In this document: positions 1 to 8,835 of the stretch, one piece after another
Layout of the letters: the number at the start of each line of letters is the position of its first letter
Numbering within the stretch: position 1 is the first letter of the stretch
Assembly: GCA_000965745.1 (NCBI GenBank)
Contig: CP009479.1
Span: 1,152,001 to 1,216,000 of the forward strand
Source: an uncultured archaeon
GTDB lineage: Archaea > Thermoplasmatota > Thermoplasmata > Thermoplasmatales > Thermoplasmataceae
DNA length: 64,000 nucleotides
Reading direction: 5' to 3'
Position numbers and translations under genes: made by a program
Notes under the pieces: generated by a model
The model's database searches: none
What the model was told of the DNA's origin: nothing
The model's input: the letters and a program-made list of their open reading frames with translations, nothing else

Positions 1-1
1 C

Positions 2-472
2 ATCAACAACACAGGAATATTCCCATTCACTGTTCTCCCGTATTACGGAGTTCATTTCAGGCCCGCCCCTAAAGAGAAGCAGATGAGGGTGAGCGCTCCG
101 GATTACATAGGACGCAATTTTTCACTTGAGGAATACCCTGAGGCCGAAAAAAGCTACTATGAGTACAGCATAAAGCCTGTGCTGCAGTCATACTTCCCGT
201 CACTTGGTGATGCCAGGATCAAGGGGATGTGGGCGGGATACTATTCTTACAACACTCTGGATGCACATCCATTCATCTTCAGGGATATGAACATCATTGT
301 TGCCACGGGGACAAGCGGCAGCGGCCTCATGAAGGGTGATGCAATAGGGAGGATCGTCGCTTCAACGTACTCAGGAAAAGAGCGGACTGAGTTATTCAAC
401 GGACATGAAATTGAAAACAGCAATCTTGGTGTCGTGAAAAGAGAAGTTCCAAGGGAAAGGTTCGTCCTGTGA
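2..472 (+). CDS. FAD-dependent oxidoreductase (DAO/sarcosine oxidase beta-like), C-terminal part, truncated by window start
   Basis: Frame is open from base 2. C-terminal motifs WAGYY...DAHPFI and ATGTSGSGLMKGDAIGR are typical of the DAO family. Confidence 0.8.
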   Translation: MNNTGIFPFTVLPYYGVHFRPAPKEKQMRVSAPDYIGRNFSLEEYPEAEKSYYEYSIKPVLQSYFPSLGDARIKGMWAGYYSYNTLDAHPFIFRDMNIIVATGTSGSGLMKGDAIGRIVASTYSGKERTELFNGHEIENSNLGVVKREVPRERFVL

Positions 473-549
473 TCCGTGCTCACAATTTTCCCGCTCTCCA
501 TCTATTTCGGAATAATCTAATTACCAGATATCAATAATGGAACATCAAA

Positions 550-975
550 ATGCATGAAGAGTTCAGCAGTGGAATGATCGTTTACAAAGGAGACGGCAAT
601 AACCCAATGTTTCTTTTCCTTACACGCAAGGAGGGATTCCTGGATTTCCCCAAGGGGCATATCGAGGAAGGCGAGACTGAAGTTCAATCTGCAATAAGGG
701 AGACTAGGGAGGAAACGGGACTGAAGATCACCCCCGATACCGAGTTCAGGTACAACCAGGTTTACTGGTACCAGAGGGGCGGTGAGAGAATAAGGAAAAG
801 CGTCATAATGTTTTTAGGTGAGGCTGCAGAAAACTCCCGGGTGCAGGTCTCCTTTGAGCATGAAGGCCACAAATGGCTCACGTTTGAGCAGGCGATGGAC
901 CAGCTTTCATACAAGAACCAGAAGGAGATGCTCACTTCGGCCATGAACTACATTATGGTGCACAAGGCAAAGTGA
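550..975 (+). CDS. NUDIX hydrolase (Ap4A hydrolase-like)
   Basis: Nudix box FPKGHIEEGETEVQSAIRETREETGL; C-terminal EHEGHKW. Confidence 0.9.
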   Translation: MHEEFSSGMIVYKGDGNNPMFLFLTRKEGFLDFPKGHIEEGETEVQSAIRETREETGLKITPDTEFRYNQVYWYQRGGERIRKSVIMFLGEAAENSRVQVSFEHEGHKWLTFEQAMDQLSYKNQKEMLTSAMNYIMVHKAK

Positions 976-1059
976 TCCGGACAGGGAAGAGAAGGATCCA
1001 ACCGCAGCAGGGTTAAGTTCTCTAAAAAATTATAAATATATTCCAAATAATATAACACA

Positions 1060-1563
1060 GTGTCGAAGCTGACATCCGGTGGAAAGTCAGGCATCATCGC
1101 TGGAGTTCTGTACGGTGCCATTATGGGCGTAAACTATCACTTTATCCTCGTCTACCATAAATCAGTAATAATGCAGATAATCACAAATTCATTGACTCCA
1201 AATTCAACCTTCACTGCGGACCAGCTATACAATGCAACCCTGTACGGGATTATAATAGTTTTCATAATTCTCGGACTGATTGTGGGGGCCATACTTGGAC
1301 TTATATTCGGAGCTGTTTACGACCGCATCCCTGGTAAAAAAGCCACGATGAGGGGGCTGGTTTTCGGGCTGATCATCTGGGTGATTCTCGATGTTCTGCT
1401 AAACTTCAGGGATCTCGTATACGGCGTGCTGTACCTGATACAGTCCCTCGGAATAGGGCTTGTAGCCTCCCTTGTATACGGATACGTTATGGGCCTTATC
1501 TTTGAAAGGTACATGAAAAGGGAGGAACCCATAGAAGACCCCTTTGCCGACATTATGGGGTGA
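1060..1563 (+). CDS. Hypothetical membrane protein (about 4 TM)
   Basis: Gly-rich hydrophobic helices; AT-rich TATA-like sequence upstream. Confidence 0.75.
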   Translation: MSKLTSGGKSGIIAGVLYGAIMGVNYHFILVYHKSVIMQIITNSLTPNSTFTADQLYNATLYGIIIVFIILGLIVGAILGLIFGAVYDRIPGKKATMRGLVFGLIIWVILDVLLNFRDLVYGVLYLIQSLGIGLVASLVYGYVMGLIFERYMKREEPIEDPFADIMG

Positions 1564-1691
1564 AAAAGTACTGCCTTTCATCGGGGGAATGCACATCCGC
1601 CCAATGGTTTTGCTTCGTGCCCGGCGAGGAGCCTTGGCTGCAACCCAACAAAAACTACAGGGGTATGAGGAGGGAGCTGCAAAAGAAGGGA

Positions 1692-1772
1692 ACATTGATA
1701 TCCCCGCGGGGCAATGTCATGAACGATGACGACCTTAAAACCCCACATGCTTTAGCCGTGGGTGCATGCCAG
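1692..1772 (+). mobile_element. Degenerate IS200/IS605-family end hairpin (orphan relic)
   Basis: aaccccacatgctttagccgtgggtgcatgccag (1739-1772) resembles the CCCACGGCTTTAGCCGTGGG-type subterminal palindrome. A second hairpin acattg-atat-ccccgcgggg-caatgt lies at 1692-1717. No transposase is present. Confidence 0.5.
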
Positions 1773-1870
1773 AGGAGAAATTATAGAAATTAGAAATTAA
1801 GGAAAAAAAGCACCTTAACCGTTTAAGCCCACGTTGAAGTAGTGGCACCTTCTGGAAATCATTTCCCCTA

Positions 1871-2344
1871 TCATGATCCAGGCTCTTTTATTCTTGGCAT
1901 TCCCCAATGGAAGTAGGTCCTTACACTGGATCTGAGCATCAGGTATACCGATGCTGCTGCAATTCCAGCTACAACGATTGCGTAGCTTATGATCACAGGC
2001 CACCAGCCGGCTATTCCAAGTGGGTACAGAAGTACTGCTTGGGTTGCAATCCAGACAATCTCCAGACCCGCAAGACCTAGTGATCCGTACAGGGCCCATT
2101 TTTTGTCGTAGTATAAGCCGAATGCAAGTATTACAGGTAATGCAGCGAATGCAACAACCAGCCATATGGCGAACGGCATGAAGTTAGACACGAATGGAAT
2201 GTATCCAATTGTTGGGTCTATCTGCATTGTAACTCCGGTAGGATCCATCATAAGATTAACTCCGCCGAACAATGCCAGACCTGCCAGTACGAGATCTAGT
2301 GCGATCAGGATCAGCACGCTTACAGGCATCCTCAATTTTTTCAC
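1871..2344 (-). CDS. Hypothetical membrane protein (4 TM)
   Basis: Hydrophobic helices; GGAGGTGA RBS immediately upstream on the minus strand. Confidence 0.8.
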   Translation of the reverse strand: MKKLRMPVSVLILIALDLVLAGLALFGGVNLMMDPTGVTMQIDPTIGYIPFVSNFMPFAIWLVVAFAALPVILAFGLYYDKKWALYGSLGLAGLEIVWIATQAVLLYPLGIAGWWPVIISYAIVVAGIAAASVYLMLRSSVRTYFHWGMPRIKEPGS

Positions 2345-2387
2345 CTCCTTGCTTAAATATTGGATAAGGTGGTTAAATGTGTGTTGT

Positions 2388-2999
2388 CTAAAAGTTAAGG
2401 ATGTCGGTTAATCTCTTTCCTTCTGCAATCTGCTTCCTTATGGCGCTTTCCTTCTCTACAACAGCCTCGGCCTTGTTGATCGCCTCCCTGATCTCGCCCT
2501 TTGGTACACACACGACTCCAGATCCGTCACATGCAAGGAAGTCTCCGGGGTTTATCCCTACCCCGTTGATTGTGATAGTGACACCAACTTTTCCTTCCCT
2601 GTCAGGATCTCCGGCATTTGGAACAAAATTCTTTGCATATATGGGAAATCCAAGTGCTTTCAATTCTGGAAGGTCCCTCACTGCCCCGTCTATTACCATT
2701 GCCACCACACCCCTTAGTTTGGCAGAATTTGCGAGCAGCTCACCCATTATGGCCTTGCTATTGCCATTCAGTGATGTTGCGACAACTATGTCTCCAGGCC
2801 CGGCGGCGTCAATGGCCTTGACCACCGCCCACCAGTCACCGTTGTTGGTCTCACATGTAACTGCTTTTCCATAAACGGTCGCCCCCGGAGGGCTCAGGAT
2901 CTGGAAAGCACCGAGTGAACCCCTTCTCCCCATAGCATCGCTCAGATTGCAGGTTGAAATAGCTTCAGGTATCCTGTCTGGCAGTACTGAATCGGTCAT
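2388..2999 (-). CDS. RraA family protein / HMG aldolase-like
   Basis: STCNLSDAM, GELLA, DGAVRD and PGDFLACDGSGVV motifs. Confidence 0.85.
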   Translation of the reverse strand: MTDSVLPDRIPEAISTCNLSDAMGRRGSLGAFQILSPPGATVYGKAVTCETNNGDWWAVVKAIDAAGPGDIVVATSLNGNSKAIMGELLANSAKLRGVVAMVIDGAVRDLPELKALGFPIYAKNFVPNAGDPDREGKVGVTITINGVGINPGDFLACDGSGVVCVPKGEIREAINKAEAVVEKESAIRKQIAEGKRLTDILNF

Positions 3000-3047
3000 G
3001 ACTTTACCATGGGTATGTTTGATTTAAGGGTATCCAGACATATTCTG

Positions 3048-3082
3048 CACAAATTGTTCTATAAACTGCTATAGAAATTGTG
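3048..3082. promoter_or_regulatory. Inverted repeat (putative operator) in a divergent promoter region
   Basis: ttctata-aactgc-tatagaa (3057-3076), extendable to cacaa...ttgtg. Confidence 0.4.
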
Positions 3083-3130
3083 TCACATTGTACCACAAGC
3101 GACTTATGCCCATAACCCGATAAAAGTCAA

Positions 3131-3370
3131 ATGATTAAAGCAGTGGCTATAGTTCTTGCGTTTGTAGTAGGCGGACTTGGCGTTGCGTCGGCAGCAACAG
3201 TGCACTCAGGCTCCGGAATAACGCACCTGATACCCACAGGAAGCGGGGATGGAAGTTCAGTTCAAGACCACAACGGTTCAGCAGACCTTAACGAACAGGG
3301 TGATCTGAATGAAACTTCAAATACTAGCGAAACACAGGAGTTTGAGGGTCAGGACAGTATTGCATTATAG
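3131..3370 (+). CDS. Small secreted acidic low-complexity protein
   Basis: N-terminal signal peptide (MIKAVAIVLAFVVGGLGVASA); D/E/N/S/G-rich mature part. Confidence 0.6.
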   Translation: MIKAVAIVLAFVVGGLGVASAATVHSGSGITHLIPTGSGDGSSVQDHNGSADLNEQGDLNETSNTSETQEFEGQDSIAL

Positions 3371-3372
3371 GG

Positions 3373-3408
3373 TTTCCTGACTGTCAGCGGAGTGCGACAG
3401 TAGGGAAG
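3373..3408. terminator. Stem-loop between convergent genes
   Basis: ttcct-g-actgtc...gacagt-aggga inverted repeat between the stops at 3370 and 3429. Confidence 0.35.
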
Positions 3409-3428
3409 CTTTCAGGATGAACTGCCAA

Positions 3429-4331
3429 TTACCTCTTGCTGTCAACAATGGAGATGTAGATATCCTCAAGTGTATCGTATTCCCCAAACGATTCAACTGA
3501 AAGCCCCATCTCCATCAGTTCCATCAGAACCTCGTTGTTTGGAATTTTTTCATTTTTCTTCAGGATTAATCTTGTACCGTCTGACCTGAACTCAGAGGAG
3601 AACTTTTTCAGGAACGTTGTATCCTCTGGAAGTTTATCCAGCTTTATGGCCATCCACTGCTCATTGTCAGGGGTTTCAGAGTCATAAGCAACCTTTCCGC
3701 CGTTCACGATGACCACCCGGTCACATACCTCGTTTATCTCATATATTAGATGGCTGCTCAGAAGGATGATCGACTCTTTCTCCCCGTTTATCTTCTTGAG
3801 CAGTTGCCTCATCTCTTTCATTCCCTTTGGGTCAAGGCCGAATGTAGGCTCGTCAAGAATGAGGACCCTGGGATTGCATAGAAGTGCAGAAGAGAGTGCA
3901 ACTCTCTGGTTCATGCCTCTTGAATATGACCCGGTCTTCTTGTCCAGGTAACCGGAAACCCCGGTCAGTTTCGCTACCCTTTCGATCTCATCCTGGCACT
4001 CCTTTCTTTTCATTCCCTTTATCCTGCATACAAAATACAGTGATTCAAGGCCGGTGAGGTAGGGGTAGAACTTGGGGTACTCAACCAGCGATCCGACTTC
4101 CTTGAGGGCTTTCTTGGGGTTGCTGGAAACATGGACTCCACCTATCTCTATTCTTCCTGATGTAGGCTTGAGTATGTTGGTGATGGCCTTCATCATCGTG
4201 CTCTTTCCTGCTCCATTGGGCCCAAGCAGCCCAACGCAGGATGCATCATTCACATCGATGCTTACATTGTCTATTGCGGTGACGTTCCCGAACTTCTTTG
4301 TAAGGTGGGAGACTTTTATGTCGTGATTCAT
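3429..4331 (-). CDS. ABC transporter ATP-binding protein (ABC-2/DrrA type)
   Basis: Walker A GPNGAGKST, signature YSRGM, Walker B ILDEP, SSH switch. Confidence 0.95.
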   Translation of the reverse strand: MNHDIKVSHLTKKFGNVTAIDNVSIDVNDASCVGLLGPNGAGKSTMMKAITNILKPTSGRIEIGGVHVSSNPKKALKEVGSLVEYPKFYPYLTGLESLYFVCRIKGMKRKECQDEIERVAKLTGVSGYLDKKTGSYSRGMNQRVALSSALLCNPRVLILDEPTFGLDPKGMKEMRQLLKKINGEKESIILLSSHLIYEINEVCDRVVIVNGGKVAYDSETPDNEQWMAIKLDKLPEDTTFLKKFSSEFRSDGTRLILKKNEKIPNNEVLMELMEMGLSVESFGEYDTLEDIYISIVDSKR

Positions 4332-5161
4332 GAAGCTGCCTCCATTCTCTCAAACATTACAACGGCAACTGCAAGGGAAATTGCAGTGTAGAGTGACATC
4401 ACCAGCACAGAAACCATTATTTCAGGAAATGTGGCCGGTGAAAGCGATCCTCCGCCAAGGAGGGTGCTTGGGTTTATGTCTATGTAAACACGCCCCACCA
4501 TTCCGGAGGCACTGCTGAGCAGGAAGGAAGCATCCATGTTGTAAAGTATCTGAAACACCAGTGTCATCGAGTTGAAAATCAGGAAGTATATGACGAAAAC
4601 AGTGATGTACGCATAAAGGTTCTTGGTGAATATGCTGCTTATCATGAAAGTGAAGGCCATTATCGCCACAACAAACAGCACTGCCATGATATATGAATAG
4701 TAGAACTGGACAACCGGCCCTATGTTGAAGACATAGTCGATCACGAGGACCTGGACTGTCATGTAGAAAGTGATGAGAATTACTGTGACAGAAAGTGCTG
4801 CGAGGTATTTTCCTATCAGGAGGGTGTACCTGCTTATCGGAAGCGGGAATATATGGAATGCGGTGTTGGACTCCACTTCGCTTGAAATTGATGGTGACCC
4901 GAAGAAGACCGAGGCGAATACAGGGAAGTTTGAGAGTCCAAAGGCCCAGAGGTAGTTGAAGACCCTTGCCTTCAGGGTCAGGGACAGTGAGGAATAGACA
5001 CCTCCTCCGATAAAGGCCGGGATGGCATTGTGGTACCTGAAGGTCAGGTAAGTCATCATGAAGCTGATTATCACTACCAGTATGAGCATCAGATAGAAGC
5101 TCCTCGAACGGTAGTAGTTCTTGAAATATTGCTTATATACAATTGCAAGCAAATTTAACAC
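4328..5161 (-). CDS. ABC-2 type permease
   Basis: About 6 TM segments; SISSEVES...PISR...GKY motif; 4-bp overlap with the ATPase gene. Confidence 0.9.
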   Translation of the reverse strand: MLNLLAIVYKQYFKNYYRSRSFYLMLILVVIISFMMTYLTFRYHNAIPAFIGGGVYSSLSLTLKARVFNYLWAFGLSNFPVFASVFFGSPSISSEVESNTAFHIFPLPISRYTLLIGKYLAALSVTVILITFYMTVQVLVIDYVFNIGPVVQFYYSYIMAVLFVVAIMAFTFMISSIFTKNLYAYITVFVIYFLIFNSMTLVFQILYNMDASFLLSSASGMVGRVYIDINPSTLLGGGSLSPATFPEIMVSVLVMSLYTAISLAVAVVMFERMEAAS

Positions 5162-5171
5162 CTTTTCCTGG

Positions 5172-6023
5172 TCAGATATTCAGCCCACCTATCATGGTGG
5201 AAATGCCATCGTTGCTGCTCAAAAACCGGAAGATGTCCTGGATGCCTTTTCCGGTTACAAGCTCAATAGAGTTTTCATGCAGATAAACATGCAAACCATA
5301 TTTTACAGCAATGGTAGAAAGGGAAAGCAGTGTGGTCGAATTCAGGTTGTTGAACCCTATGTAGATCTCTGTTGAATTGTAGGATACGTTCAGGCTTACA
5401 TGATTGACGTTTAAGGATGGTGGCGAGAAATAGAATAGGGAAATATTGCTCGAATAATCGAATATTACATTCCTTTGAGAATGGAGGGCACTGTGATTCA
5501 TGTAAGCATCTATTGAATCCTCTATGAGTGGAACACTTCCTATGACGGAAATAGTGTTCTGCGGGCTTGCGATATAAAACGTCAAGTCACTCATTGACGC
5601 ATAAAGATTGGTCGCATTGACGAAAAGTGAAATTGCCGGCTCCTCCTCAACGAAAGACCTCAGTAGTCCTGAGGCATTTATCCCGTCCAGCTTGAATATA
5701 CTAATTTCCCGGTACTCCTCATAATACTGTAGGGTGGTGTTGTCGGTGATATTGGAAGGAATCCCCTGGTAGTTAAACAACTGGGGAATCGCAAAAACAG
5801 AGATTGAGGTTATGATTCCGACAGTATTGTTTTCAACGTAGATATAGTATACCCCATAATCGCTGCTTACACGGCTCACGAACTGTGTATCGGCAGGCAG
5901 ATAATTTTCAGGGTTTTTCTCATATTGCGATCCCTGATAGTATTGCATGGTGAGATATATCGAAGGAACTGTAACCGAGATCGTGACGATCATAACAATG
6001 ACACGCTTTAGTAGCAGTTCCAT
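5172..6023 (-). CDS. Membrane-anchored extracellular hypothetical protein (ABC operon)
   Basis: N-terminal TM anchor; many NxS/T sequons; 10 bp from the permease gene. Confidence 0.75.
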   Translation of the reverse strand: MELLLKRVIVMIVTISVTVPSIYLTMQYYQGSQYEKNPENYLPADTQFVSRVSSDYGVYYIYVENNTVGIITSISVFAIPQLFNYQGIPSNITDNTTLQYYEEYREISIFKLDGINASGLLRSFVEEEPAISLFVNATNLYASMSDLTFYIASPQNTISVIGSVPLIEDSIDAYMNHSALHSQRNVIFDYSSNISLFYFSPPSLNVNHVSLNVSYNSTEIYIGFNNLNSTTLLSLSTIAVKYGLHVYLHENSIELVTGKGIQDIFRFLSSNDGISTMIGGLNI

Positions 6024-6222
6024 AATTATTTATCCGATAAGAGTACTTAAATAAGCATTCTTACTATTAATTTCTCTTATTTATTTAATACCTGAAAACA
6101 CCTGATCGACGGCATTTCCAAAGGCGGCAGAAAAGAGGGCAGGAGAGAAGAACGGGCAGTCGATCAATTCCGAATAATGAATTATAGTTAAGTATCAGCA
6201 TCCCCTAGGAATATGTCGTAAA

Positions 6223-8835
6223 ATGAAGATTCCAGCGAGTACCTACAGAGTCCAGCTAAACAAGACTTTTGCACTCCAAGACCTTGAGCGGCTGATCCCC
6301 TACTTTCATAAAGCCGGGGTTTCCCACATCTACGCATCTCCAGTCCTCGCCGCTGTCCCTGGAAGCATGCATGGTTATGATATGACCGACTTTCGTTACA
6401 TTAATCCTGATATCGGAACATTGGTTCAGCTTGAAAATATCGCGAAAAGGCTGCATGATTCAGGTATGGGATGGATTCAGGACTTCGCCCCGAATCACAT
6501 GGCATATAGTGAACTCAACCCGTTCATGCTTGATGTGATGGCAAACGGAAGGGATTCGATATACTCAGATTATTTCGACATTCTTTGGGAGCGGGATAAT
6601 GAAACCCATCCAGGGAAGGTGTGCGCCCCATTTCTTGGAGAAGAACTCAACGCTTCCGTTGCGGAAGGGAAACTGAGGGCAAGGCTCAACGAAGAACTGC
6701 ATCTTGATTATCAGGGACGATATTTTCCACTGTCCAGCGAAAGCATAGAAAAACTTGATTCTATGATTTCAGAAGCCCCAGGCAGGGAGCTGCCGAATGA
6801 AAGCACGCAATATCATGGGTCTGATCAGGCTGGGAACGCTCCACATGATCATAGGTATCTGTTGTCCGTCCTTAATTCCGGCCAGGGTTTTCTTGAAAAG
6901 GCTGCATCAATGCAGAATTACAGGCTGGAGCACTGGAAGAACACTCTGATCGAAATAAATTACAGGAGGTTTTTTTCCATTAACGACCTCATAGCTTTGA
7001 GAATAGAGGATGAGAAAGTCTTTGAAGATGTTCACAATTTTGTTCTCGATCTCATCCGCAAGGGAGTAATCGACGGTCTGAGGATAGACCACATTGATGG
7101 CCTTCTGGAACCCGGTAAATACCTGGAAAGGCTGTCTGGCAAAACTGATTTCTACAAAGTGGTTGAAAAGATTCTTGAGGACGACGAACAGCTCCCTCAA
7201 AGCTGGGATTGCCAGGGAACGACAGGTTACGATTTTCTGAACGCTTTGAACCAGGTATTCACGCTCAGCAAATCAGAGCAGAAATTCACCGACAATTACA
7301 GGATGATCTCAGGAGGACCTGGATATTTTGCAGGACAGCTACGGGAGGTAAAGAGGGAGAAGCTTCACAACGAATTTTCAGGAGATCTGGAGAATGTGAT
7401 ATCTGAAATGAATCACGCTATAGACGTTCCTCGGGAAGACCTAAAACAATTCCTTTCAAGCCTGATATCACGCATGGATGTTTACAGGACATACATTTCT
7501 GACTCCTCAGGCAAGTGTGGGGAGTCATATCTTGCCAAAACTGTGCAGGACCTCGTGACGGAGGAGCCTGATTTGCGCACGGTAGGGGAGTCTATTCTTG
7601 AAGAGTTGCACGGGGCCAAAAGGCTGACCGCACTATTCGGGAGATTTCAGCAGCTCAGTTCCCCCGTAATGGCCAAGTCTCTGGAAGATACAATGTTCTT
7701 CAGGTACAACAGGCTGATCTCACTGAACGAAGTTGGGTGCGACCCCGCAGTCTTCGGGTACTCACTACCCAGATTCCATGAATTCATGAAGAGCAGGGGG
7801 GAAGCGTGGAAGTATTCAATGAATTGCACCTCAACCCACGATACCAAGCTTGGTGAAGACTCCAGGATAAGGCTTTCGGTTCTCAGTGAAGTCCCAGAGG
7901 AGTGGTTCCCGGTTTATAAAAAATGGACAGCACTCAATGCCAGGTTCAAAAAAGAAATCGACGGAAAGTTTGCACCCGATCCAAACGAGGAGTATTACCT
8001 GTACCAGGTCATGCTTGCAGGAAGGTATTTCGATGAAGATTTCAATGAAAGTTTCAGGAACAGGATCTCTTCCCACATGATTAAGGCACTCAGAGAATCC
8101 GGCACAAAGACCTCATGGATTAATGGAAACTCAGTGTATGAATCCCAGATCGAGTTATTTGTCAAGAAGATACTGGATCCCGAAATCTCAGGCGAATTTC
8201 TTTCATCATTCGACGAATTCCTTAATGTAATTTCGAAATACGGTGCATTGAAATCTCTTTCCCAGTTGGCCGTCAAGATGACATCACCTGGAGTTCCGGA
8301 TATTTACCAGGGTTCTGAGACATGGAATTTTTCCCTGACTGACCCAGATAACAGGCGTCCCGTGGATTACAATGAACTCGAAAAGTCCCTGTCCGAAATC
8401 GAAAGGCGAAAGGGGGATCCCGATCTGGCATCCAAGTTGCTCTCGAAGTACCGTGACGGCCTAGTGAAGCTATACCTGACCAACATTCTGCTCATTCACA
8501 GAAGGAATAACCGGGAATTGTTCCTTGAGGGCTCATACACTCCTCTGGAGTGTGGGGGCGATCATGAAGATAACCTGATTGCATTCTCCAGGGAGTTCAG
8601 GGGGAAAATCTCTATTACCATTGCACCAAGATTCTTTTCCGGACTGGTTTCAAGTGATGGGAAAATTCCCGGTCCTGAGTCCTGGGGAGATACATATTTA
8701 AAAATTGGCTGGCGGGCCTCAAGGCTCGTTGACATAATCACAGGGCGTCAGATTGAACTGGGGAATGATAACAGGATTGGAGCAGGGAATCTTTTAAACA
8801 AGTTTCCCGTTTGCATACTGTACGGTGAATCATGA
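6223..8835 (+). CDS. treY: Malto-oligosyltrehalose synthase (GH13)
   Basis: PASTYRVQL, NYRRFFSINDL, GLRIDHIDGL, VVEKIL, TSTHDTK, SLTDPDNRRPVD. Confidence 0.97.
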   Translation: MKIPASTYRVQLNKTFALQDLERLIPYFHKAGVSHIYASPVLAAVPGSMHGYDMTDFRYINPDIGTLVQLENIAKRLHDSGMGWIQDFAPNHMAYSELNPFMLDVMANGRDSIYSDYFDILWERDNETHPGKVCAPFLGEELNASVAEGKLRARLNEELHLDYQGRYFPLSSESIEKLDSMISEAPGRELPNESTQYHGSDQAGNAPHDHRYLLSVLNSGQGFLEKAASMQNYRLEHWKNTLIEINYRRFFSINDLIALRIEDEKVFEDVHNFVLDLIRKGVIDGLRIDHIDGLLEPGKYLERLSGKTDFYKVVEKILEDDEQLPQSWDCQGTTGYDFLNALNQVFTLSKSEQKFTDNYRMISGGPGYFAGQLREVKREKLHNEFSGDLENVISEMNHAIDVPREDLKQFLSSLISRMDVYRTYISDSSGKCGESYLAKTVQDLVTEEPDLRTVGESILEELHGAKRLTALFGRFQQLSSPVMAKSLEDTMFFRYNRLISLNEVGCDPAVFGYSLPRFHEFMKSRGEAWKYSMNCTSTHDTKLGEDSRIRLSVLSEVPEEWFPVYKKWTALNARFKKEIDGKFAPDPNEEYYLYQVMLAGRYFDEDFNESFRNRISSHMIKALRESGTKTSWINGNSVYESQIELFVKKILDPEISGEFLSSFDEFLNVISKYGALKSLSQLAVKMTSPGVPDIYQGSETWNFSLTDPDNRRPVDYNELEKSLSEIERRKGDPDLASKLLSKYRDGLVKLYLTNILLIHRRNNRELFLEGSYTPLECGGDHEDNLIAFSREFRGKISITIAPRFFSGLVSSDGKIPGPESWGDTYLKIGWRASRLVDIITGRQIELGNDNRIGAGNLLNKFPVCILYGES

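Noticed and set aside
1560-1793. 77-aa ORF after the membrane gene
   Set aside because: No recognisable motif, and it runs through the IS-like hairpins; more likely non-coding relic DNA.
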